Shown here in pieces: positions 12,844 to 24,200 of a stretch of DNA of 64,000 bases. The stretch comes from Macrostomum lignano. Taxonomy: Eukaryota. The position numbers were made by a program, and so were the translations under genes. Location: contig NIVC01000353.1 of the NCBI GenBank assembly GCA_002269645.1, positions 310,001 through 374,000 of the forward strand, in the 5' to 3' direction. Numbering within the stretch: position 1 is the first letter of the stretch; each line of letters starts with the position of its first letter. The notes beneath the pieces were generated by a model, which did no database searches, had not been told where the DNA came from, and worked only from the letters and a program-made list of their open reading frames with translations.

Positions 12844-13611
12844 TAGACACTGTGTCTCAGCACTGCCACACAGACACTGTGTCTCAGCACTGTCACATAG
12901 ACACTGTGTCTCAACACTGTCACACAGACACTGTGTCTCAGCACTGCCACACAGACACTGTGTCTCAGCACTGCCACACAGACACTGTGTCTCAGCACTG
13001 CCACACAGACACTGTGTCTCAGCACTGCCACACAGACACGTACTGTGTCTCAACAATAACACATCCAGTCTATGTTTACAGCTCAGCAAGATCACTACTT
13101 TTTCGATGTCACATGATAACGTTGTTGTAGGCATCTATTTTAGGAAATCTGTCACGCATATTTTTATCAATTCTGTCTGGTAACATAAAATAGTAATAAA
13201 TAGCTGCAAAAAACTGGCTCGTATTGGTACAAATTGCATGAGTCTATCTGTATATTCTTTCTATTTTCTGTCACTACTTGGCTCTAATTTGAAACAAGAC
13301 GATTCATAGAGTCACGTTTAGTTATTATTTGCACAGAAAATCAAAAGGCTGTCCAAATCTTAAGCAAAATTAGAATTTCCATCACGAAATCCGCGCAGTC
13401 CTCTGAACAATATTTCTGTGCAAGTTGTTCAGCTCACGGTTTTCATCAGTTGACTAAACATTGATCATTCTAGCCTCGAAACCATTCAACAAAGTACTCA
13501 ATACCGACCCTGGAAGTAAACACCTCTGTCGATCATTGAATATTTAATTGGCAAGCAATTCAATTAGAAAATAAGATCAACAAGTGGATCTGTATACATG
13601 TCAAACATAAA

Positions 13612-14330
13612 TGAAGCATCATGTCAAGCATAAAAGAATCGTCATGTCAAGCATAAAAGAATCGCCATGTCAAGCATAAAAGAATCGCCATGTCAAACAT
13701 AAAAGAATCGCCATGTCAAGCATAAAAGAATTGCCATGTTAAGCATAAAAGAATCGCCATGTCAAACATAAAAGAATCGCCATGTCAAGCATAAAAGAAT
13801 CGCCATGTCAAACATAAAAGAATCGCCATGTCAAGCATAAAAGAATCGCCATGTCAAACATAAAAGAATCGTCATGTCAAACATAAAAGAGTCGCCATGT
13901 CAAGCATAAAAGAATCGCCATGTCAAACATAAAAGAATCGCCATGTCAAGCATAAAAGAATCGTCATGTCAAGCATAAAAGAATCGCCATGTCAAGCATA
14001 AAAGAATCGCCATGTCAAACATAAAAGAATCGTCATGTCAAACATAAAAGAGTCGCCATGTCAAGCATAAAAGAATCGTCATGTCAAACATAAAAGAATC
14101 GCCATGTCAAGCATAAAAGAATCGCCATGTCAAACATAAAAGAAGCGCCATGTCAACCATAAAAGAATCGCCATGTCAAACATAAAAGAATCGCCATGTC
14201 AAACATAAAAGAATCGCCATGTCAACCATAAAAGAATCGCCATGTCAAACATAAAAGAAGCGTCATGTCAACCATAAAAGAATCGCCATGTTAAGCATAA
14301 AAGAATCGCCATGTTAAGCATAAAAGAAAG
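13612..14330. repeat. 23-bp minisatellite
   Basis: Unit ATGTCAAGCATAAAAGAATCGCC, about 31 copies. Confidence 0.95.
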
Positions 14331-15229
14331 TTGCTCAAAGTTGCTCAAACATCATGTTACTTAAGAAAGTAACAATACTGACTGTACAATTGAGGTCAGA
14401 AACTACATATAGTTTTTTCCATTTTTTTCCTTCTTGCCTCCCCAACGGCGGGATGCAGATAGTCTATGGCAAAACTTCATTCAGGGCTTTGCAAAAAAAG
14501 CTAATATTATAATTGCTAAAAAGCTAATTGAAACATGCCTTCGGCCCTCGTGATTTATAAAAATAGCTATAGCTCTCTCAAAAAGCATGTTTAAATCTAC
14601 AAAACACAGCTGCATGTTGAGGTTGATGCTCGTGAGCGCACCTCGATTGAAACTCGTGCCAAAGAAGTGCCAAAGCCCCCCCCCGCTAGTACATTTTTTT
14701 ACTCTACTTGAGTTGTCCACACTAGCAACAATAGTCTCTTTGCTGTTTGCCTGCGAGTTTCTCTTGGCTATCGACTATAAACACGAAGACGATGCGTGAC
14801 GATTCAAACGGGAATGGTCTGCCTTTGATCTTCTTTGGCTTAGTGATTAGCATTTCTTTATTAGTACTTCTGGATATGGTAGACTGAAGATTATTTTTGC
14901 CAAGTCTAACTATAACTCTTAGACTCTAATCAGCTTAAACGATGGAGATGCTCAATCTTCAAAGAAATGGCCTTTTGACACCTACGGACAGGTGATTTCA
15001 GCTCATTTGTAAATTCAGAGGCGTGAATAATTAGCCAAATTGGTAGATTTTCTTGTTGCTGGGCACTGTGCTGAGCAGAGGGCAGATGGCTTTTATTTTT
15101 AGCGGCACCAATTTTAACCTTGGCCAGTGAGGTTTGCCAGAGTGATGAATCGCGTGTGCTCTTTGGCGAGGAGGCACCCGACGAATGAACCACGGCACAC
15201 CATCGTCGCTAATTCCGTCTGATCCTGCC

Positions 15230-15410
15230 GACTCATCGAGCAGGCGTGAATACGTGTGCCAATCCTGATTGATGTCTTCATAGATATCAAGAAGACATTT
15301 GACTCGGTCGTCAGGTCCGTGCTCCGAACAACTCCAGCTGGTAGGCCGCATCATCCGCGTTGAGTCCTACTGCTCACAGACCCGGATTCGGTCGGTGACG
15401 GCGGTCTTTC
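15230..15410 (+). mobile_element. Degraded non-LTR (RTE-like) reverse transcriptase fragment
   Basis: RLIEQA*IRVPILIDVFIDIKKTFDSVVRSVL resembles the LINE RT motif FIDF.KAFDSV.R..L; in-frame stop present. Confidence 0.55.
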
Positions 15411-15635
15411 GTGGCTTTCGGTGAAAAGTACATTAATGAGATTGGACTATTGTCCTTTTTATCACTAAATCAACAGTGTTTTACCTTTAGGGACTTTCAA
15501 ATTGCAAATGAGACAAGTATGACTGAGCTTCCTTGGTCAATTTACTGATTGATTTACAAGCCTGCTTAGTTTTTGAGAGGTCTTTCGTTGCAGCCAGCCA
15601 CTAGCATCTGTCGCAGGGACACTGCAGTTTGCGCC

Positions 15636-15810
15636 TCTGTAGCTGGCCTTTTCTGTAGCTGGCGCCCCCTCTGTAGCTGGCGCCCCCTCTGTAGCTGGCG
15701 CCCCCTCTGTAGCTGGCGCCCCCTCTGTAGCTGGCGCCCCCTCTGTAGCTGGCGACCCCACTGTAGCTGGCGACCCCTATGTAGCTGGCGCCCCCTCTGT
15801 AGCTGGCGCC
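15636..15810. repeat. 18-bp minisatellite
   Basis: CTGTAGCTGGCGCCCCCT, same family as 6604-7200. Confidence 0.9.
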
Positions 15811-18234
15811 TATGCATCTGCATAGCAACGGCCCATGGTAGCTGGTAGTGCTGGCACATAGATAATTCACTGTAGGCGAAAGTCCCAGGCTCGTCTGGCA
15901 CATCTGGTGCATGTTGACTCAACGGCCAACATTTATATCACCCCATTCCACATGCAAAGCTGGCCAACTATCCATGATAAGTGCAGTTGCTCTTAGTTTC
16001 TAACTTGCACATACAGCAGTGTACATTGATTGAACAGCAGTTTTAGAAAAGTACGGGAGAGTTTTGTTTTGATGTGAGAGAGAATATATTTGACAGGTCA
16101 TTTTGTAAACGATCCATACGCTGTTTTGATGAATTCAGGCCTACAAAACATCTGCAATAAAATTTTCTTTCGCAGCCAGCTGTCTTGCAAATATCGGGAT
16201 TAAGTGTAACATCTGTGTATACATGTAGCTGCCCGTACTCAATCTGTCAGTGTATTACATGTTAGGTACTTAGGCGATAGCTCGTATTATAGATGCAAAC
16301 AACAGTCAAGCGGACGCTGCACTCACTGACTTGCACAAAAAATGTATATGCATACGCAAAACTAGAGTGTCTTACATGCAAAGCCCATGTACACATATAT
16401 GTAGCATATAAGTAAGACAATATTCCTTTGCTGGCAAACCTTAACATCCAAACGCCCAGAAAGCATCAATACAATTATGTTGCAATGGATTTGGAATTGC
16501 TGTATAGATGCCTTCAAAGCAATCGGAATTGTAACTTGATAGCTTGTGTTATATATTTTGGACACTAGCACTGATATTGGCGATAATTATATAACTATTA
16601 TTATACTTAGTAAATGCTATAAATTGTACACGTATTTGTAATATAAAATAGGTTTTTTACTGTAGATAGTGAACTGCGCTAGTACCATAGCTACAGTAAA
16701 TATTAAGGATTGAATATTAAAAGTACACCCCGTAGGCCATAATGGGACATTGAGAACTATAATTGCATCCTGATATTAAGGACGCAAATTTTTCAATCTT
16801 CAAGTCACACCTCAGTTTTCATATCCCTAATTCTCTTACTCTTAGTAGTCAAGTTCTGAGTTTTTTTACTTTATTTATTCTGGGACTTGTTTCTATTTTC
16901 TAGGACATACATGTACTGTGGGATTATTTTTTGCCGAGAGCTGTTTGTGTCTAGAGAGGTCAACCTGCATGTTGTTTGGACTGATTTTAATTATAACGAT
17001 GACGAGATCAACCTGTCACTTTTGGCGCATGGAAAGTGATCTTCTAGCTATCATTTTTCTTCTCTTTTTGACAGTTTGATGATTTATGATCATTAGATGT
17101 CACTTTGGCTCCAAATAGCACAATTGCGCTTTTGCTAATTCGCTTTAATCATGGGCAGAGTTTGAGACCGAAGTTTAAATCAACAGTGAAAAATTACTAT
17201 AAAAATACCCAATGTGCTTCGACTCAGTTTGAAGTGTGGATTTAGCTAGATAGCTCATTTTTTTTCAGTTTTTGTAGCCATGCGGGCCAACTAGATGAGT
17301 GGGTAATTTAATTAAAGGCGAAGGTCGCAGTGAATTGGAAAGCGATGCAATTCCCAGTCAATCAAGGACTACTGAAAGTACATACGAATTGCTTTATTAG
17401 AATTGTTGTCCTTAATTGCAGTCAATTAATTAGTCAGACTCCAAAATTAAAAAAAAATCATTCACCAGGCATGTACTTTAATGCAGCTTCAGGTGGTAGG
17501 AATGAGTCGTTAGAGTTGAATAAAGATAGCGCTTAAAACCTAAAGATGACCTGACAATCTGACATGAATGTCGATCGATCTGTCGGTCACATCCAAACCG
17601 TGTTACCCAAACTAATCTATATCTAAATTAATTATATGCTCGTCTATGCTAGGAAAAAGAGTGAATATCTTTTAGCTAATGAAACATACGCAACAAAACT
17701 TCTGGCAATACACGTTACTGCATGTATAACTATCATATAAAACATTTTTGCACGATGAAATGTTGACCAAATATATTTAATACACTTTTAAAATATTGTA
17801 CAGTTTCATAGGTCAAAATAATTCAATTAGTAAAATAATATCGGATTTTTTAACTAAAAATTCAAACAATCCATTTTAACTATAAAATAAAAAGCTTTTT
17901 ACAAAAGTGTTTGTTTGTGTAAAGCTAATTTTCATTGTTATTTTAAAACTAATATTTTACAAGACATAACTTAGTAATTAAGCGTAAGCGACGACGAACG
18001 TACACCTAATGGTAACCATTTGTATTGTAATATTGTAGGTAGACCCTGTAAGACTCGCATATTGTTTAGTTAATAATTCAGGAAAAGTGTTTTTAAAGTT
18101 GTCTGTGTAAAACAAAAAGCGAGAAACTATATTTTTTGTTTTTTTCCAAAGCCTGAAAGTAGTAATTAATAAATTAACACTAAATATTGTCATTGAATCC
18201 TTCACATTGTCCTTGCTTTAGTAGACATACAAAG

Positions 18235-21200
18235 ATGGAGTTTGAGAGCTTTAGTTTAAACCCTGCATTACTAAGTGTAAGTTTTTAATCATGTAAATTA
18301 TAATTATGTTGCTGTTATTTATAATATTAGTATTATATACAAATATAAATCTGCATTTGGATACCTAATTTTACAATATTTAATTAAAATTTAACAAATG
18401 GTAGAACTATAGGTAGGCTGACCTTTGTAAATTTAACTAATAATAATTTTAGATCCCATGTTGGGTATATATTACTAATAAAATTGAATAAGTTAGAGGT
18501 AGAATTAGATCCAGCAGATTTTAAATTAGCCCTTAGTAATATATAACTTTTTATTTAATATTTATAAATATATGAATATATATTTATATATTAAGTCTAA
18601 GACATACCATAGTCTGGATCATGCTTAGGTGCATACCTGAAAAAAATTGAATAGTTACAAATGCATGTCAAAAAAATGGACTGCATACCCATTCTCAAAA
18701 CTATGCTGGTGTTGCAATAATAAATGACCTTTTTAAGTTGTAACAATGAATAACCTTTTTTAATTGCATGATGAACCCTTTTGGCAAATAATTGGGTTGA
18801 TTTTCTGCTTTTTAACAATACTAATTATAATAGAAAGTTGAAACATGCAAAGATTTGTTTAAATGCTTTATTACAAGCTTACTGCTTAAAAAACCTGGTA
18901 AGCTTGAAATTCATGCTTAAAAATGAACTTTTAAAAATATTTTTTCTACTTCACAATAACTCTTCTGTGTGATTCTATAAAGTGCATGTAAGGTATGTAC
19001 ATACACTATTTTATTAGGAATGATGCACATTAATTATGCATGCCTACTTTTGGTATACAAGGCCAATGCATATCCAAATTTTTGGGTGTATACTACATGA
19101 TCTGGAGTGTAAAAGACACAGGAGAGGCCCCTTGTGCATTTTCACTTGCAACATAAGCAGGAAAAGTAGGTAGTAGCAGCCTGAGAGGTTGTCTCAAGTG
19201 CTTGCAAGTCAGTAATGAAGCTGACTATCCATATTTATTAAGCCAAGCGATTTAGTCCTTGTCTAAAAAATATATATATCCTAAAAACTTTTGTGACTGT
19301 ATTTAGCTTTGTCTTATATGAATTAAATATCTAAATCACTATAATCTAATAATAAAGTTTCAAAATTAACAAAGTAATAGAAAATAATTCTACAAAATCT
19401 TAACTTCATATTTGCTTTATATCAGTATGTACCAAAAATAATGGATTTTTTTTGGGTAGGGCCTATACATACAGTTTTCCCAGTTGCAAAATTAATAAAG
19501 TCTAAAATCTTAGTCTCAATCAAATCTTGTATCATATTGTAATAAAAATACTAATTCTCAAAAATCTTAAAAGTTGAATTTTATCCAACCCTTATTATAT
19601 ATTTATATGCTAGTAAAAGTTAATATGTACGTTTTTTAAACAGATATTCAAACAGACATTACTTCAAAACAATTATCTATAGTTTGTAACAAAATTGACC
19701 TGCTTTGGCCATCTTTGTAGCAGATATTTATGGATCAAAGGAGCCTTGATTTATTTAGGCCTATTAAAACTAAAACTATTTTTAGATACATTGATCCAAA
19801 AATGTAAAGTAATGTACTAATTAGACATTGCTTTAATTTTGGCTAAAATTGTTTCAAATTTAATAGTTTTTTAAACCATGCCTATTTTAAAACTGCTCTT
19901 TTTTGCTCTCATAATAATCTTAGCTTTAAAATGATACATGCAAAATGGCTTTATAGCTAAGATATTTGACAATAAACATTGTTTGTGCAAACTTATATTT
20001 GGAAATTGTATTGATTTTTATTAATATTTATTTATATGCTATGTCTTATCTCTTTTTTAATAATTATCAAATAGAGCATTGCTACTCATTTTAAACAAAA
20101 ATATTTAGTTTTTTTATCTTTAGAGGATTTTCAAGAATATATCAATTGAGAAACAAACATTAATTCACTTAAAGAAAGTTGTGCTATGTGACAAGCTTGC
20201 TAAGGCAGGTATGTTGCAAAGCTATTAACTACTAAGCACAAAAATATGCAAGGAGCTACTTAGTGTAAAGTTCTAAAAATACAATAGATATTACATATAC
20301 AATGGAATAAAAGTAAAAAAAACTTATATAAGTGATTGATTAAAAAATAAACAAATCCAAAGAGAAAAAAATTGAATAGTTGAAGAAAGAGAAAAGTTTT
20401 AAATTGCATTTAGAGCAAAGTTTTATTGCCTAAGACTTTCTAGTATTGGCATTTGCATTTTTGTAGAAAACTGTCACATTGGCTGGGTTTAATTAAGGTT
20501 GGGCATGTATGCTATTAGAGTACCAAACTAGAAGTCCATATTAGAGTTTTGTCATAACTAGAATTTTTTTCAATATTTTTATCTATAAAGACATCTAATT
20601 TTTCCGTATATATATCCATACTTCCCTAATTTGCCATAAATTTTAATGACATTAAATTCAATGGTTAGTTTGTCTATCAGTCAGTATAATATAGTATTGA
20701 AATAAATAATAATAACAATAGCTTAACCTACCACTTTTTAACAGTGTCTTATTTATTTTTATATAAGAATATAGATAGTTAAAGATATAAATAAATAAAT
20801 TCACTTTGTACTTTTACTTGTAGGCTTTTCTAAAAGCATTAGACTTAGGCATTAGACAAATGGGTCTTATTGGTGCCTCTACACTGTTTTGTGTCACAAA
20901 TCTTACAAGTTGCCAAATGCATATTACCATTGTACAAACAATAATTTCAAATAATTTGTCTTCTTAAACTTAAACTTTAATTTTAATTTTAAATTCTGTA
21001 GTATAAAAGCTAATATTTTTCTATTTGTATATAATGTACATGTATACTTATAAAATTTACATTAACAATGTAAAAATTAAGGTCAAAATAGAGTCAAATT
21101 GCTATTTGTTATAATACATGCTTAGCTGATCAAAAATCAGAATATACCCTTTTTTGTTCAAATTAACCCTATAAAATTAAAAAATCTAAAGTTTAAATTA

Positions 21201-24200
21201 GCACTAAAAGCAAGTTAGCAGAACCTGTACACTGCACAGTATCTACTCTAATCTTACAAATTTAATTTCGCAATCCTGTTTAGGCCATCTCCGACCTGAA
21301 TTGGTTCGAGCCAACAGAGATTCAGCGTCACGTGATTCCCCTCATTCTCGATGGTAAAAATGTGCTCGCCTGGGCCCGAACAGGCAGTGGCAAAACTGGA
21401 GCATTCGCTGTTCCTATTGTGGAGAAGATTCTGCAGATTAAAATGGTAATTTCATGTCATTTTTTGTTTTCACAGAGCTTGTGACTGTTTGAATAATAGC
21501 CCCTATCTCCTAGCTCCAACCTTACAGCCGATCCGCTCCATCTTACAGCCTATCCGCCCCTATATTACAGCCTATCCGCCCCTATCTTACAGCCTATCCA
21601 CCCCCTACCTTACAGCCTATTCGCCTCTACCTTATAGCCTATCCACTCCCTACCTTACAGCCTATCCGCCCCCTTTTAGAGCCTATCCGCCCCCATTTTA
21701 CAGCCTATCCGCCCCTATATTACAGCCTATCCGCCCCAATCTTACAGCCTATCCGCCCCAATCTTACAGCCTATCCGCCCCAATCTTACAGCCTATCCGC
21801 CCCAATCTTCAGCCTATCCGCCCCAATCTTACAGCCTATCCGCCCCAATCTTACAGCCTATCTTCCCCCAATCTTACAGCCTATCCGCCCCAATCTTACA
21901 GCCTATCCGCCCCAATCTTACAGCCTATCCGCCCCAATCTTACAGCCTATCCGCCCCTATATTACAGCCTATCCGCCCCAATCTTACAGCCTATCCGCCC
22001 CAATCTTACAGCCTATCCGCCCCAATCTTACAGCCTATCCGCCCCAATCTTACAGCCTATCCGCCCCAATCTTACAGCCTATCCGCCCCAATTTTACAGC
22101 CTATCCGCCCCTATATTACAGCCTATCCGCCCCAATCTTACAGCCTATCCGCCCCAATCTTACAGCCTATCCGCCCCAATCTTACAGCCTATCCAAAAAA
22201 TCAAAGTCAACTCAAAGCTCACATGTTTTACCCTCATGTTTTACCCAACAAAAAATCGAAGGCTCTCCCAGAGGACTCCGCCGAGCGCGCAGCCACTCGC
22301 GCCCTAATTCTGGCGCCAACCAAAGAACTCTGCGCCCAGGCGGCTGGCGCCGTTGCCCAACTAACAGCCTATTGCTCGCGCCTAATCCGCTGCGTGGACG
22401 CCTCCGCCCACGCCAGTACAGACGTGCTTCGGCCTCAGCTGCTTGAACGGCCCGACATTGTTGTTGGCACTCCTAGCGGCTTACTAGCCCACGTCAATGC
22501 CGGCAGTTTAACGTTGGAACCCGATAAACTACTAACAGTAGTTGTCGACGAGGCCGATCTAGTGTTCAGCTTTGGCTACGAGGAGGATTTCAAACAGTTG
22601 AGACAGCTGATGCCGGCCAAGTTTCAAGCGATTCTGGTGTCCGCTACGCTGGGCAGCGGCGATGTTAAACGATTGCGCAAGGCGTTGCTTAAAGCTGGCG
22701 TTTGGAGTCGGGTGGAGCTGACCGAATCCGCTTTGCTGCCCGGCCCCGATCAGCTGTTGCAGTATTCGGTGCGCTGCTCCGAGGAAGACAGGTGGGTCAT
22801 TGCTTGATTTATGATGTCTGCTGCTTTTAGTGCTGGATGGGATTTCTGTGTGGCTTGCGGGTTTGTAGGGATGGGATTTCTGTGTGGCTTGCGGGTTTGT
22901 AGGGATGGGATTTCTGTGTGGCTTGCGGGTTTGTAGGGATGGGATTTCTGTGTGGCTTGCGGGTTTGTAGGGATGGGATTTCTGTGTGGCTTGCGGGTTT
23001 GTAGGGATGGGATTTCTGTGGCTTAAAGTTAAGGATGGGATTTCAGTGTTGGGAAATGGATGGGATTTCGGTGGGGGAAAACGATAGCATTTCTCTCTGT
23101 TAAAGAATGGGATTTCATCATGTGGGAAAAGGATAAGATTTGAGTGTGTAAAAATATGGGATTTCAGCATGTGGGGAAAAGGATAAGATTTCAGCATGTG
23201 GGAAAAATGGGATTTCAGCAGGTGGGAAAAATGGGATTTCAGCAGGTGGGAAAAGGATGGGATTTCAGCATGTGGGAAAAATGGGATTTCAGCAGGTGGG
23301 AAAAGGACGGGATTTCAGCATGTGGGAAAAATGGGATTTCAGCAGGTGGGAAAAGGATGGGATTTCAGCATGTGGGAAAAATGGGATTTTAGCATGTGGG
23401 AAAAATGGGATTTCAACATTTGGAAAAGGATCATGGGATTTCAGCAGTGGAAAGGGATCATGGGATTTCAGCAGTGGAAAGGGATCATGGGATTTCAGCA
23501 GTGGAAAGGGATCATGGGATTTCAGCAGTGGAAAGGGATCATGGGATTTCAGCAGTGGAAAGGGATCATGGGATTTCAGCAGTGGAAAGGGATCATGGGA
23601 TTTCAGCAGTGGAAAGGGATCATGGGATTTCAGCAGTGGAAAGGGATCATGGGATTTCAGCAGTGGAAAGGGATCATGGGATTTCAGCAGTGGAAAGGGA
23701 TCATGGGATTTCAGCAGTGGAAAGGGATCATGGGATTTCAGCAGTGGAAAGGGATCATGGGATTTCAGCAGTGGAAAGGGATCATGGGATTTCAGCAGTG
23801 GAAAGGGATCATGGGATTTCAGCAGTGGAAAGGGATCATGGGATTTCAGCAGTGGAAAAGGATCCTGGGATTTCAGCATGTGGGAAAAGGATGGGATTTC
23901 AGTATAGGAAAAGAATGAGATTTCAGCATGTGGGAAATTACTCTGACTAACAGTACTCTGCTGTTTTAGTTCCTCCCAAAAAAATCAAAGCAAAGCACTG
24001 AGCTCAATTGCTTGTGCCATATGGTTCCCGCACAATAAAATCTGCACTTCTTCTACGATCAGTGTGGGCGTGAAATACTATTATAGTCGGAGTGAAATGT
24101 TTTTAGGCAGTATTGTGTTTCGTTCCCACATTTTTTTAATCTTTTAGAAATATGGTCTCAGTACTTGCTGGCTCTGTTTTTCTAGGTTGGTGATTTTTTC

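Larger units (their letters stand above)
9497..13050. repeat. 27-bp minisatellite array split into 9497-9713 and 12844-13050 by an insertion
   Basis: Unit TGTCTCAGCACTGCCACATAGACACTG in the same orientation and register on both sides of the insertion. Confidence 0.9.

Noticed and set aside
14587-15354. Peptide PRLKLVP appears in two opposite-strand ORFs
   Set aside because: The underlying nucleotides are not an inverted repeat; treated as coincidence.
15900-15990. LIMDSWPAL on the minus strand resembling a pogo DDE motif
   Set aside because: A stop follows shortly and no second DDE motif was found.
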